64,000 nt of DNA from the human T2T-CHM13v2.0 reference genome, Homo sapiens. Under the pieces are notes generated by a model. It did not search any database. It had not been told where the DNA came from and saw only the letters and a program-made list of their open reading frames with translations. Where the stretch lies: assembly GCF_009914755.1 (NCBI RefSeq), contig NC_060925.1. The stretch is one strand, 5' to 3'. The position numbers were made by a program, and so were the translations under genes. The stretch's first letter is position 1; each line of letters begins with the position of its first letter. Positions 12,541 through 26,361 of this stretch are shown piece by piece.

Positions 12541-13789
12541 GGAATGTGAGACTGCTTCTGACAGAGGCAAAGCATCCAAGCACATAGTGGGTGCTTAATA
12601 AACAAGAGTTCCCTTACTCCTTTCATCATTCTAGGCACTGCAATAAGATGAAGAGAGATTACCCGACTGTCCAGATTTAATAGTCTGATTTTTTTCCCAG
12701 TCTGATTTGCCAGTCCTGTACTTTTTAATAATGTCAAGGGCAACATTTAAAGTGTGGTCTTTTGTTATGTGTCTAATGTGCAACCTGCTGGACAGACATA
12801 GGAGATTGGAGATAAGCTACAAAGCGAATCCTTTCTAAGGCACCGTGTTCTTTGATTTTTTTTTTTAGAATGTCCGTGTATTTTTTAGCACAGATACTAT
12901 AACCGTTCATGCTCTCCCATCTATAAAGCTTCCCTTTGATTGCTTACCAAATGAAGAGGGGGATATTTACATCCAACGCAGCCCAGAACAATATTATTAA
13001 AGCAGTGCCTGACATTGAACAATTCCATTGTAGATTAGCTGTGGGGAATTTTTGTCTCTTCTACAAAGCCCGACTCTTGCCAATCAACGTAATATTCTCA
13101 GTGATTGCATGACAATGAATCTCCTCTGTGGCTGAAGTGCAGCAAAAGCTACATCATGCCTTCTTTTATTTTTAATTTGAGACTTTGGTTCCCTTATTAT
13201 AATGAAGAGTCATTTATGCTCTCTGGACAAGCACCCTCCATATGTTTTGATTTCTTCTCTTCCATCAAGTAACTTGTTTCATCTCCATGGCCATACGATT
13301 GATACCAAGTGGTAGGCTAGTTGGGAAGAAGAATTCAGGGAGAAGGATTTAGTCTTCCCACAATCCTCATCATGGAAAGAAGAGAAGGTGATGCCTGTGT
13401 ACGTGTGTCCATATGTGTGTGATCTGGGGGCAGTGGGCAGGATCAGGGAGGGAAGAATAAAAACTACTCTTTTTTGAGTCCCAGATCTGTGCTAGGCACT
13501 TCTGCATCATATATTAGCTTACTTAATCTTTACGACTCCCTTATTTTTAGCGGTTTGGCCTTTTAAACATAATTCATAGCATACTTACTCTGTGCTATCC
13601 TTAATGTCAAGTGCTTTTCATATATTTCCATCCCCAAAGAGTTTTCTATACTTGCTGTCTCCATTTCCTCTCCATTCAACTGATATATATTTATATTTTA
13701 TTATACATGAGATATATAATTATACATTTTATATATGTCATATATAAAGTTAATATACTTCATATACTACAAATGATATGTATTTTTGC

Positions 13790-14110
13790 TTGATACATCC
13801 ATCTGTTTATTGTTAGTCTCACCTTGCTACAGTGTAAGCTCCATAAGGACAGGCATTTTTTGGTCTTTTTTGTTCAACGCTGTTTCTCAGTTCCAAGAAC
13901 AGTGCCTGATGTATAATAATAACTTCATAAAAGCTTACTGAGAGACTTAATGATCTTATTTAATCCTCCCAACAACCTATCGAGAGAGGTGCTATTATTA
14001 TCATCACTTGTTGAGATAAGCATAGTTGCCAGAGATGTTGGAGCATTTATCCAAGGCCACGTAGCTCACTGCAGGGGCAGAGGCAGGTTTTCACATCACT
14101 GTCTGGGATT
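13790..14110. mobile_element. L2 3' end (+) followed by MIR (-)
   Basis: 'gtaagctccataaggacaggc...agaacagtgcctga' then 'atttaatcctcccaacaacc'. Confidence 0.65.
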
Positions 14111-15789
14111 CCACATTTCTGCCTGCAATAGGCCATTCTTGCACAGTCCATTCCACAGGAAGTCCATAGTGACTACTGTACCTTGAAACATTCTCACAAG
14201 GAATTCACATGCATTCTCCTGAGGGAGAGGATTTGGGGTGACAACCAGGCAAGCTGACCTCTAGGTTGGTCCTGTATATTTCCTGCTACCTGTCAATCAA
14301 ATAGAGGCAGAGGTGCCAGGGCATCAGATGGAGGATGCCACCCACAACTAGTCAGAGGGCCCCGCCCTGCTGGGCTTTGCCCTAACCATTGTCAGGCAGA
14401 AGCCCTCCGCCATAAGCCTATTCTCTCGACTCATGTTTGTGATTCTGCAACCTTCAGCATCATGGTTATGTGGAAAGTTTTATAAAGATACTGATGCTTA
14501 GACCCTGTCCCTAAACCTGCTGAATCATAACGTGAGAAACAGAGCCTCGGCTGCTCCAGGAGACTGAAAAGCTGAGATTGAGAACAACTCCCACTAACCT
14601 ATTCATGTAAGTTATTCCACTGGCCCAGCTGGGTTTATCTCTCTGAGCTTTAACTGCTCAATCTCCAGGGCCTTTCTTGTTTTTAGGTTTTTACTTCTGA
14701 CAGCAGCAAATGTGGCCTCTCTCCTAGAGTTTCCTGTCCTCCATAAACCACACTAGCCCTATAACTTCCTTCTCATTTGAAGACCCTCATGGTCTCTTCC
14801 CTGGACTTCTGTGCCCAACTCTGATCTTCTCACTGCTGGCCTTGCCCTCTCCAGTGCATTGTCCTCAGCAATGCTGGAGCCAGCATTCTAGAATGACAAA
14901 TTCACCATGGCCATGCCCTATTGACCCTGCCAGGAGCCCACATTATAAAAGTAAGTTCCTTACCACCAAGGCACAGGCAAACACAGAACCTATGGTCTTC
15001 TGGGTGACTCTCATGAGAATACATAATAATTTGAAAGATTAATTTTTAAAAAAAGGAAATAAAAAGAAAACCTTAAGAACCTCTCTGTTGCCATCAGTAC
15101 GAATTAAAGCTTAGGCCTAGGCTGCCCCCATCCTTGTGATCTGACTGTTGCTGACGTTTTTTCTGCCTTCTCTCATCTTGTCCTCTCTACCTTTTCTCTC
15201 AAATTCTTCATCTGGCAAACTCCATCAAAGCCACACTTAAATGTCACCTCCTCCGTAAAGCCCTCCTTGATACCCTAAGTGTCTTGTATAACCCATAAGA
15301 TCCCACAAGAACACATCTTGATTGACTATAAATACTGTCACAATGTCATTGGCAATTGGCTGTTAGAATCCTGAATCTCCTGGCCCATGAAATAGGCAGG
15401 CTCCCTCTGTTCATTTTGTTAATGTTGCAATCTCACAAGCCCACATTTTACATGATTGGGTTTTTTTGGAGCCCATCTAAGGAGTTACGTGGGGGTTTCC
15501 TTGCGCTTCAATTCCTGCACTTTGTTGTACATTGTAATTCATTCATTCATCCACTTATAACACCCTGGCTTCCAAACAGGAGCTGAGCCTGCTTGTTGTA
15601 ATTGTTTCTTTAGGTGTCTATTTTCATCTCTGGACTCCTTGAGGGGCAGGAACAGTGCTGTATTCTTTATATATCTAGCATTTGATTTCATGTCTGGCAG
15701 GAAGCGAGTGCTTAGTTGAAGCCGGAATGTGTTGAGTGAATTAAATATATATGTATACATAATAAAATATATATTATATATTAATCAGA

Positions 15790-15792
<3 letters not shown>

Positions 15793-15826
<34 letters not shown>
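15793..15826 (+). repeat. (CA)n microsatellite; (UG)n in CSMD2 pre-mRNA
   Basis: Direct reading. Confidence 0.97.
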
Positions 15827-15828
<2 letters not shown>

Positions 15829-15844
15829 AGCAATAAATAGTGTA

Positions 15845-16036
15845 AGAATTGGCAAACATTTTCCATACAGGGCCAGATAGTAAATATTTTTTGGCCTTGC
15901 AGGCTATATGGTCTCTGTCACAGGGACCTGATTTTTTCCATGCAGTGTGAAAGCAGCCACAGGCAATATGTGTTCTAACCAAACTTTAGTTATAAAAATA
16001 GCCAGCTGACCCACAGACCACAGTTTGCTGACCCTG
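15845..16036. mobile_element. MER58A-like hAT-Charlie MITE
   Basis: 'ttggcaaacattttcc...gggccagatagtaaatattt...cagtttgctgaccctg'. Confidence 0.75.
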
Positions 16037-17057
16037 AACTAGTGTTTATTCAGTTATGTACTTATGTGAGGCATATGATTCATATCTCAGGAACGCCCCC
16101 CCCCCCAACTCCTGTGATAAAAGCAAGTGAGGAAAGCTCAGTTTTGATGGGAGTCAACGATGGGAAGGGACTGTGGGGCGAGTGGGCTGCACCAGGGAAG
16201 GTGCTGGACAGAGGTGACTAGCAGGTACTGGAAGAGACAGGCAGGTGGCACTTGAAGATTGAGACCTACATCAAATTTCCTTTTCCCTACCATTTGGCCC
16301 TGGGGACAGGTGGGCATTGTGCTGACTGCAGGGAAGGGCTTGTGTATTTATAGCCTCCACCCTTCCCCATTAAAATAGGATTCATTTTTAGTCTTTATAG
16401 CTAATCTTTAGGTTGGTAAAGATGACCTCATTTTACCAAAGAGAGAGTTGAATTTAGAGATCCGAAGGGTCACACAGCTAGTAGGAGTAGTGAAAGTAAT
16501 AATAGTCACGGCTTGAGTGTTTACTATGAGCTGGGCACATTGCTTAGCATTCTTCTATTTCATCTTATGCGGACGGAGGTACTACAACTGTCTCCTTTTT
16601 ACAGGGAGGAAACTGAGGAACAGCCGGGCTAACTCTTACCCGGGGCTACAATGCAGGTTGGGATCAAAGCTGGGGTTAAAACCCAAGCTGCTTGATCTAA
16701 GGGCTGTGCCTTTTACCATGTTGTAATCTTGATCTCCCAGGATTCAAGACCCTTGTTTGTTTCACTGCTTCCCCAGTGTGGAGTCCATGCTCTTGGTAAC
16801 TTCAGAGTTCCTCTCCTTGCCAGGCCTAGAGGATTCCCAACCCACATCCAGTCAGAGCTCTCCTTGGCCCCTTTCCTCCAACCTAGACTAGCTGGGGCTG
16901 CAAAGACATCCATCATTGCACCAGAGGGGTCACAGAGAGGCTGTCAGAACAGAACTCTCCTTGCTGCTTCCTAACCACAGAACCCATGGCTTCCTCTCTT
17001 CCACCTGGGATTCTTTAAAGAAGCACCACCAAGAAGGAAACATCATAGGCCCCAGAA

Positions 17058-17244
17058 TAGAGCTGCCAAGTAAAATATAGGACTCCCAGTTCGATTTGAA
17101 GTTCAGAAAAACACAAACCCTTCTACAGTATAAGGATATCCCTTGGGATATTTGGAATATGCTTATACTAAAAAGACTTTGTTATTTGAAATTCAAATTT
17201 AACTGGGTTTCTTGTATTTTAATTTGCCAATTTGGGCAACCCTG
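17058..17244. mobile_element. MER53 palindromic hAT MITE
   Basis: TIRs 'tagagctgcca...gggcaaccctg'; internal self-complementarity; degraded 8-bp TSD ccccagaa/acccagag. Confidence 0.8.
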
Positions 17245-18436
17245 ACCCAGAGGGAAGAGGTATCTCTTCTGCGTCAAAGACTTCAACCTCTTAAAAAGTT
17301 GGGGCCATTTCTCTGGGGAAATGGGGCAGAGGAAAAGGGGAAGAGCTAGACCCTGCCTTTAAGGAATTTAATATTGAGCTGGAAGAGTGGATGCAGAGGG
17401 GGATGTTTCAGGGCCTCCTAGGGTAGGACCTGAGAAGGTTTGGGATACAGCAAGATTGCAGGGGAGCAGGGAGCCACATTGCCTCCTTCCTGCTCCTGTC
17501 ACTCTCTAAGGGAAGTTCAGTTTTTCCAAACCAGTAACACGTGCTGCCCCTGTTTCAGAAGACTGTGGCAAGCCTTGGTCCCTTGGAGGAAGAGCATTAG
17601 GCTGGCACCAGGTCCTTCATCCTGCGGCCTATGTGAACCTCTCCAGCACCTGCCCTGCTGCCCCCTGCTCAGCCCGATCTGCCCCGACAGCACCCTAGCC
17701 CAGGGATGATCAAATATATCTAGACAGAAAAACACATGGAAAATAAGTGGTACCCTATGGTGAAACATGGCTAAATACTGTTAGTATTAGGCTTAGAATA
17801 GCTAAATATGCAATTTGAGGCTAAATTTGATTAATTGCATAGTGGGGTAGAAAATTATTTTCCGGTGTGTTCTATGATACACTGGCTGAGAAATAAACTT
17901 AATAAGAAAAACATTCAGTGTGTCAGGTAATTTTAAAAAATACAACAGAAACTCCCTCCCTCTTGAAGAAACCAGTGCTCACAAGTTTATCTGAGAGTTT
18001 CTGCAGGAGAAACCTGCTTAACCTTGCTTAATCCAGAATTTCCAAAAATTTGACTACATAATCACTGCCCTGACTTTGGAACTTTACTCTCAGTAATGCC
18101 TAATAAACTCTGAATTGTTCTGCGAAACACATTTTGGGAGGTGTTGGATTCTGGAATAAGATAAACCTGAGTTGCTTTACTTTCTGTACTAGTCATTATG
18201 AAAATAAAACAACAATAGCAAGGGTACTTGACGTTTACATAGAACTTTCCAGGTTAATGTGAAAATGTTTTTCTTGACAAACATGTCTCCCACTGGAACA
18301 TGCAAACAACTGTTTGTTCTGGGGGCAGGATTGGCCTAAGGTCTTCTATGACCCATTGGCTAGTAACTTGTGGTGGTAAAATCAATTCTTACAAAAGAAG
18401 TAAACTTGTCACTTCCAGAGGAATGTAGCATGTTAA

Positions 18437-18795
<359 letters not shown>

Positions 18796-19659
18796 ACCTG
18801 ACAATTTTTATAGCAGGATAGGTTTTCTGTTTGTCTGGGTCAGAATGACCCTCAGGCTTTGGGAGGTTTATGGCCAGGGCTGCCATGTTTGGCCCACATC
18901 CCTGTCCAGCTGCAGATAGAATGTCATCTCCTATGGCCTCAGCCCTGAACCAATCCTGGCAAAGGAGCTCAAAGAGGAGGAGGCTCTGAACCTGGCTGGA
19001 GGGTCCTGCCTTGAGGCTGGGGTTTATAACTATTGGTGAGGCTGCACACCTGGAAGGTTACTCTATCCCTTGCCGGGGCTGTCCTAACAGACTGCATAAC
19101 TAGCCTTGTTATCTCCTTAACCTCCCCCAGGGTGGGAGCCCTGCTCTGGGCCAGGCTCTGCTGCCCCTGCCCAAGGCTGAGTCTTAGTCCCCTATATCCT
19201 GCTGGCTGGTAGGGAAGTATTGCCTTGAGGACCTGCATTACTTGGGATGCCCATAATGATGTCCCACACATCAACTAATCCCTTAGACAACAGAACTCCA
19301 GAGCCCCTATTTCCTCCACTTGGCTCCCCGTCCACGGCCCTGAAGCCCCAGCACACCTCACAGCCATCTCTCTTAAGGCAAGAGACAGCTGAACTTGTAT
19401 TTTACTGGAAGAAGCACCATGTTCCCAAGGCTCCAGACCCACGGCCTCTCTCCTTCCAAGAAGAGTTAGACAGAGGGGCCCAAAGAGGAACTGAGGAAGA
19501 GGCGTCTGACCACCATCAACCACCTTCTGCAAATGATGGTGAACAGGGCGACTGCAAAAGACAGGGATTCAACGTGTGGTGCACTTGAGTTCCCGTAGGG
19601 TGTCCTGTGAATCCTCATCCTCCTCACTTCCTCCTTCAGCATAAGCACCATCGCTTATG

Positions 19660-19845
19660 GACCACTTCTATGACAAACTTCACACTTAATCCTTTCTCAT
19701 TTAATGCTCATAATAGCACTGAGGTGGATACTGTGCCCATTGGACAGGAGAGGAAACTGAGGCGCAGAGAGGGTGAGTCACTTGCTCACATTCACACAGC
19801 ATGGAACCAGGGGAACTGGGGTGTACACCTAGTCAGCCTGACTTT
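19660..19845 (-). mobile_element. MIR
   Basis: 'gaggaaactgaggcgcagagagggtgagtcacttgctc'. Confidence 0.75.
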
Positions 19846-20869
19846 GGCACCTTCTTTCTTAGCTGCTGTAGAAGTGAAGGAAGAGTTGGTGAGTCATAAG
19901 ACTATCTTGCTGGCTACAGAGTCTGCTTTGAGGCTTTGTTTCCTACAGGTCTCCCTAACTGGGCCAAAGATGGTACTTGGTGAACATTTTGCAGTTTGAG
20001 GATCAGGAACAGTAGGAAAGGAGAGCCCCTGCCTCATCCATTAATTTTCACTCATCTCTGGAGTCCAACTACTTCTCCAAAGGCTTCATGGAGGACCCTG
20101 TGCAGGGGGAAGCCATCTGTTCAGGTCCTCTGAAGTCATAGAGGCAGGTGGTAGAATGGACTCTACCCTCTGCCTTCTGCCCTGGACAAGCTCCTTAATT
20201 GGAAGACCCAAAAATGTCTTACACAGAAACACAGGCATACTAACACACACTCACACTCAACATGCACAAATCCATCCATTCACATCCCCTTTACATATTC
20301 CCCTTTACAAGAGACATGCACACATGTACATTCTCATACACATAAACATGCATATATAAAAACAGGCAAATTCAGGATGCGTCTGAACACAGCTCTTACA
20401 TTCACACACATGACAATGGATACAACACACTTACTCTCCCACACATTTGAATAAACCACTCATGTTTATGTACAAGCCACGTCCATCTCAAGATACCGAT
20501 CCATTTCCATATAGCCTCTTTGGATTAATAAACTTTTGCACAGGTATCTCTTTATACAACCAGAACAGCCCTCAGAAGCCAGTGTTATATCACACACTCA
20601 TGGGGCCTGCCTGACACTTGTGTTTAAGCTCCTGTTTTCCCAGACACAGTACAGAATGCAGGGATAGAGGCGCAGAGGTAGATCTGACCCTAGAGACGCC
20701 TCAAGCATCTGCTGGCTCAGTCTGTGATTTCAGAGGTAGGGATCAAGGGCTGTCAGGGTCAGGGAGACACAGGGCATCATGGTCCAGAAAATGTCTCTGG
20801 TGTCCCATAGACCTGGGTGTGAATTCCATCTGTGCCTCTCCTGGCTGTGGGTTACTGGTTGTATAACAG

Positions 20870-21100
20870 GTATGGATTAGGAGAGTGGACTCTGGAGCTG
20901 TACTCTGGGTTCATGGTCAAACCCCAGCACTGTTACTTAAATAGTAAGCTACTTCACCTTCCTGCATCTCAGCTTCCTCAGCAATAAAATGGGGGTAATA
21001 ATCGCACCCAGCTTAGAGAGCTGTTGAGAGGATTAAGTCCAATAAACCAGGCAAAGTGCTTATCTCAGTGTCTGACACACAGGAAGTGCTCAATAAGTTT
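20870..21100 (+). mobile_element. MIR, near full length
   Basis: 'gactctggagc...tctcagcttcctcagcaataaaatggggg...gtgctcaataa'. Confidence 0.8.
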
Positions 21101-22242
21101 AGGATGTGATTACATATAAGCCCCTGGATTCCCTGGGAGAAGATGCCAGGGCAGTGTGGGAGAGGCTGGAGCTGAAAAAGAGAGAAGCCGGGTACAGTGG
21201 CTGGGGAGGGCAGATGGCCCCAGGAGCCAGAACATGGGATGCACCCTGGCTCTGCCAGGCAGGCGGCATCCCTTAGACCTACACTGCTCTTGTTGATACA
21301 GGGAGCGGTCTGTTGCTTTGAATTCTAAAGACCTCCCGTACAGCCTAATAAGAATCATTCGTGAATAGTCCTACCCAGCTGCAAACTGAAATGCAAGAGG
21401 AGACCCTGTGTATCAATGGACTCAGACCTTGTCCCCTCTCTGATCCTCGCCTCAGCTGCCCTGTGCTGCCCTGGCTCACCAGCCAGTGGCTCACAACTTC
21501 AGGGATGAGGGGAAGGAATAATTTGGAGAAGTTTCCTGGAAGAGGCATTTGGTATGGTCTTGACAGAGAAGGAAGGATGTTCCAGAGACAAGAAGTGGCA
21601 CATGGCCAAGAGTACAGAAGCCCCCACTGCTTGCTTTCCAGGCTCTTGTTCCCAGGGTTAGTGACTCCTAACTTCCTGTGTGCAAAATCCCAGCCCAGAC
21701 CTTCCTCCTGACTCCAGACCCCAAGTCTTGCTACTTTCGGGCTTCTCTAAGTGAAAATCTCAGAAGTGCCTCCAACTGCACATGGCCCAAATTACTCTCC
21801 TGCCCTTGCCCCAAACCCATCTCTCCCCTGGGTTCCTTGCATCTGGGACTGGCCCATCATCCAGCCAGCCATCCAAGCTGAGACCTCATCTGGTCTCACA
21901 CCCAGTCTCTTGAATTACCTTCCTTCCATCTCTCATATCTGCCCCCACCCCATTGCTCAGGCTCCAGGACCAGGCCCTACCCTATCTCAGTTTCTTCTCT
22001 TGGACTTGGAGATAGCCTCCTCATTGTTCTGTCTTCAGACTTGCCCCAATCCAACCCATTCTCTAAACAACTAGTAGGATCATGGCTCTTCCCTCCTAAA
22101 AGCGCTTCAGTTGGTGTCAAGCTCTAGAATATCACTCAAGGTCCTCCATGAGCTAGCCCCACCCATGTCTCCAACTGTACGTACCCGTCTCCTCCTCACA
22201 CCCAATGTTCCAGCAACAATGGCTCTCCTTATTTCTCCTCCA

Positions 22243-22244
<2 letters not shown>

Positions 22245-22280
<36 letters not shown>
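22245..22280 (+). repeat. (AG)n microsatellite followed by TG-rich low complexity
   Basis: Direct reading. Confidence 0.95.
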
Positions 22281-22283
<3 letters not shown>

Positions 22284-24229
22284 TTTGTGTCTATAGTCAT
22301 GCTGGTGTGTTGGTGTTACATGAGCATGTGTGTGTCTATATATGCATGTAAACTGCATAACTATGAAATGTGTGGGTATGTGGGTATGTGCAGGGACATG
22401 GCATGTGGGTATTCAGGTAGGAGAGCCTGTTGAGGATGGGCATTGAGGGAAACGTGGTTGAGAAGCCAGTGGTTGGCATAGTTGGGCAAGATGACATTTA
22501 CAGCAAAGGCTAGGCTACTGACAGGCCCAGGAACTCAAGGCCTGGGAGTTAGGTGTTACCAGGCCCTAAATCTCCCCAGGTGAAAAAGAGGGAGCTGCAC
22601 TCCACACTCTCTAGACCTGGCCTGCAACTGTCCTGGGGCACAGGTCATATGCATAGAAGAAGCCTTATGCCATGTCCCTGGGTATCTTGTCTCCCTCCTT
22701 CCTATTCAGCCAAGGATTGGGATGCGTCTGTCTTCATGTCTCTGAAGAGCTGCTGTTGACCTCATTGTTCCACCATGGTGATTGTTCACCAAAGATAGAA
22801 AGCTGTTAATTCCAGCTCCTAACTGATTACAGCATTGAGTCGGGCATCATCCAGAACCTTGGGTGTTTTTCTAGACACCTGAGAACCCCAATTTCTCTTT
22901 CCCCTTGGTCCTCTATCTGACAATCTGACCCACAGTCATTCCTGACTGACATTGGCCAAGTCTCCAACCTTCCACCCTCTTTTCCCAGGCCAGTCTGTTA
23001 GCACACATCTCCAGGGCTGGAGAGAGGCTGCGGAAGCCAGCCTGGTTCTCTCTTCCCTCCCTTGAGCAATGAGACAAGAATTTGTCTAAATGTTAGGGAC
23101 ATTGCACTCCATTCTGTCATCTGTTCAAGAGGCACATGGCTTACTGGAGCTGCTCATTCATTAACTCATTCAACTGGTGTCTTCACACCTTGGTGGTTTG
23201 CTGGGATCTGATGATGAATGTCCTCCCTGCCCTCATTATGCTTACACTCTACAAAAGGTGCTCTTGTATTTAAAAAACTATCAGAGCCCATCCCGGGCTG
23301 CAACCCCTAAGAAGAGGTGAGGCCAAATGACCTTTAAGGATAGGCTCTGTGTCAAGCAATTATGCCAGCCATTTACATCGTTGACTGCCAAGAAAAATCA
23401 ATCTCTTCCCTGGCTTTCTCCCACCTACCCCCTCGCCCGTCCTCCACTTCAGGTTCCCTGCCAGGCTCACTTCCTTCTCCAATCCTCGCTCCAACACTCA
23501 CCTGCCTATAAAACAAACCCAGGCACCATCCTTAAGCTTCTTGTGACTCTTTGATGCCGGCAGAAGAAACTGTCTACTTCTTAGCAAGACATTTAATGTC
23601 CTACACAATCTGGACTCAGCCATCTGTCCAGGTTTTCCTCCCGCTACTTCCATCCCTACCACACCCTCAACCACGCACACTCCTGCTCCTTCGTCACCTC
23701 TCCTTCTGTGATCTCTCCTTTGTGCCCTTTCACGCCCCTTGGCCTCTGCAGTTGCTGGCCCCACCTCTGAAGTACTCTTGTGATTTTCATCATCTGGCAA
23801 ATCCTTCTCAACCTTTCAAGACTCAGTTCAAATGTCACCTCTGGGAAGACATCCCCCTCTCCTCCGTGGAGCCAAGTGGTCCAGTGTGCTTTGTACACAC
23901 CTCCATGGACACTCAGCATGGTGGGGAGGCCACAGGAGCCAAGGTAGAGAGAAGGAGAAGAGCAGTTAAGGGCTGAGTCCTAGGAAACTCTGACCAAGAG
24001 GCTGTGATGACCCCAAGTATCTTGAGAATGAAAACTTGGCTGGCAATGTGTGAAATGCCACCAAGATAGCTAAAGCCAGAACAGGACTGAACAGAGCTGT
24101 TGAATTTGATGGTCCAGTTACAGAACCAGTGGTATTAAGCAGAGGAAAACTAATAGAGCAAAGAGGTAGAGGTCTGAATAAGAATAACAGTAGTGATGGT
24201 GGATAATCTTCAAGTACATGAAGTTCTTC

Positions 24230-24730
24230 TCTGCCCCAGGGCCTTTACACAATATTCCCTGGCCCAGAAGTTCTCTGTCTTCCATTCTGCATTGCTCATT
24301 CATGATCGTTTTTCAGCACTCAACTCAAATGTCACCTCCTCAGAGAAGCCTACCCTGACATTTAATCCAACCTCAGCTATTCTGCCTCACCACCCTTTAT
24401 TATACCTTCAGACATTTAATCCTGACATTTAATCCAACCTCAGCTATTCTGCCTCACCACCCTTTATTATACCTTCAGAGCATTTACAGTCATGAGTAAT
24501 CATTTTATGTGGTTCTTGTTTTTGTTGTTTACACACACACACACACACACACACACATGCACACACACAAACATTTAAGCTCCATGCAAACAGAGACCTT
24601 GTCTGACTTTTTTCACTTTTGTATCCCAGCATATAGCACAGTGGCCAGCACACAGTAGACACGCAAAAACTATTTCTTGAATCAACGACTCTATGAATGA
24701 ATGGATGTATAAATGAGTGGATGGATGACA
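24230..24730 (+). mobile_element. L2 3' end containing an internal tandem duplication and (CA)n (24531-24568)
   Basis: 'tcaaatgtcacctcctcagagaagcc', 'aagctccatg', (TGAA)n-like tail. Confidence 0.75.
24354..24479 (+). repeat. Tandem duplication: two identical 59-bp copies, period 67
   Basis: Copies at 24354-24412 and 24421-24479. Confidence 0.95.
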
Positions 24731-24864
24731 ACCTCAATGAACTTAGCTTTCTGTGAGATTGTCAGCCATATGTTTACTGAACTCACGTCACAGGGCTTCT
24801 GTTCCTTAAACATTCCGTAAGGCATTGGGCACCAGCAAATGTTTGCTGGATGGCTGCACGTGGC

Positions 24865-25195
24865 AAAAAAAGTCTAGCTCCACCAAAATTCCATCTTCCC
24901 TTCTTGGGGCACACAGCTAGACAACCTTTCCTAGACCTCCCTGCAGTTAGGTGGACCATGGGCAAAAGTGATACAGGCCATGGCCAGGCTTAGCCCATAA
25001 AAACCTCCATGCAGCCTCCTGCATGTTCTTCCTACATTGGCTGGATGTTGTTGATCAGACCCAAGGGGATGTGTGTCTCCAAGGTGGAAGGAGGCTTTAT
25101 CCCTGAATTTCCAGGTGGAGTAGAGCTCCCCACCATATTAAACACCTGCCCAGGACAGATACATGAGCAATAAATGAATTTAAATTTGCAGAGCC
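24865..25195 (+). mobile_element. MLT1I/J-like LTR fragment
   Basis: 'ttcccttcttggggcacacagctagac...ctccctgcagttagg...cccataaaaacctcc'. Confidence 0.55.
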
Positions 25196-25829
25196 GTGGC
25201 CTACCCATTCTCTGCTACACAGCCAGAACCAGCTTCTCTCACATGCCCCTGAATCCTCGCACAGTCTGTCTGTCCTGCAGCCTCAACCTGTGCCAACTTG
25301 CAACGTTTCCATGATGCCTACAGCCCAGCTGACCCAGGAACCTGCCCTCTCTAAGCTTGCAGTAGAACCCAATCTCTGTAGCTCATAGTCCTTATAGAGT
25401 CTGTAGCTTTTTCTGAGATCCATGGGCTAGAATCCAAGTGGGTCTTTACCAGTTTGGAGTCAGGGATCTTTTGAGAGAAGATAAAACACATGGACCCTCC
25501 TCCCAGGAAGAAAGGAGCCACAGGCCCCCGAGTTCAGGCATAGATTCCTAGTGCTTTTGCCCAGCATGGCTCACCTGACAGCCCCATTCCAAGCTTAAAA
25601 TGTCCCTGCCAGAAAAGGGCCTTGCCTGTTCAAGCTGACCCTGCTCCCTGAGAGATACGGATTGATTTTATTGACTCAGGAGCCAGCTATGAGCATGTCC
25701 AAAATTTATCAGACTAGCCTTCATTTGCAGGGCACTTCCCATGGATAAGGGTACAAGCCCAGTGCTCAGAATCCCAGTACCACTGCCCAGTGATTCTGGT
25801 TCCCTGCCATGCTCACTCCCTTCTCCAAT

Positions 25830-26160
25830 CCCCCATGCTATCATGGTACCTCGAGCAAGTCCTTTCCCTCCCCAAGACTCAGTTTCTTCATCTATAAAGA
25901 GGATAATAATATAACTACCCCTTAGGGTTGCTATGTGGACCCAGGCAGATAATCCATGCAAGGCACCTGGCACAGACCTAGGGCTAGTATTATCTCCTTC
26001 AACCCCCTCCCCTGAGAGTCGAAGTAGGTATAGTACTATCATGATCTTGTTTCTACAAATGAGGAAACGAAGACCACAGAAATGAACTAACTTGCCCTAG
26101 GTCGTAAACCTTGTAAGTAACAAGCCTGGACTCAAACCCCTAAACTTGACTGCCTTCCAC
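25830..26160. mobile_element. Two MIRs tail-to-tail
   Basis: 'ctcagtttcttcatctataaa' (+) and 'tctacaaatgaggaaac...aacttgccctaggtc' (-). Confidence 0.7.
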
Positions 26161-26162
26161 AG

Positions 26163-26190
26163 CTGATTGGTACTGGGTTGCTATGGAAAC
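26163..26190. promoter_or_regulatory. Y-box (CTGATTGG) next to a consensus RFX X-box (GTTGCTATGGAAAC)
   Basis: Motif match only; no functional data. Confidence 0.5.
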
Positions 26191-26361
26191 CTGTAGGGCC
26201 CAGGGTAAGATCTAGTGGAGGCCAAGTGAGGGGTATGGGGGTGGCAGTTCTGTTGGTGGTGGGGGGAGGGAACACTGACTTAACTCCGGCCATCCAAATA
26301 CCCACAATTATACAATTGAGGGTAGCCAGGGTTAAGTCAGCCTCCGGTAAAGGAGAAGGAG

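Noticed and set aside
15793-15826. (UG)n tracts in the pre-mRNA as TDP-43-repressed cryptic exon sites (also 24531, 47340)
   Set aside because: No convincing adjacent splice-site pair found on the minus strand.
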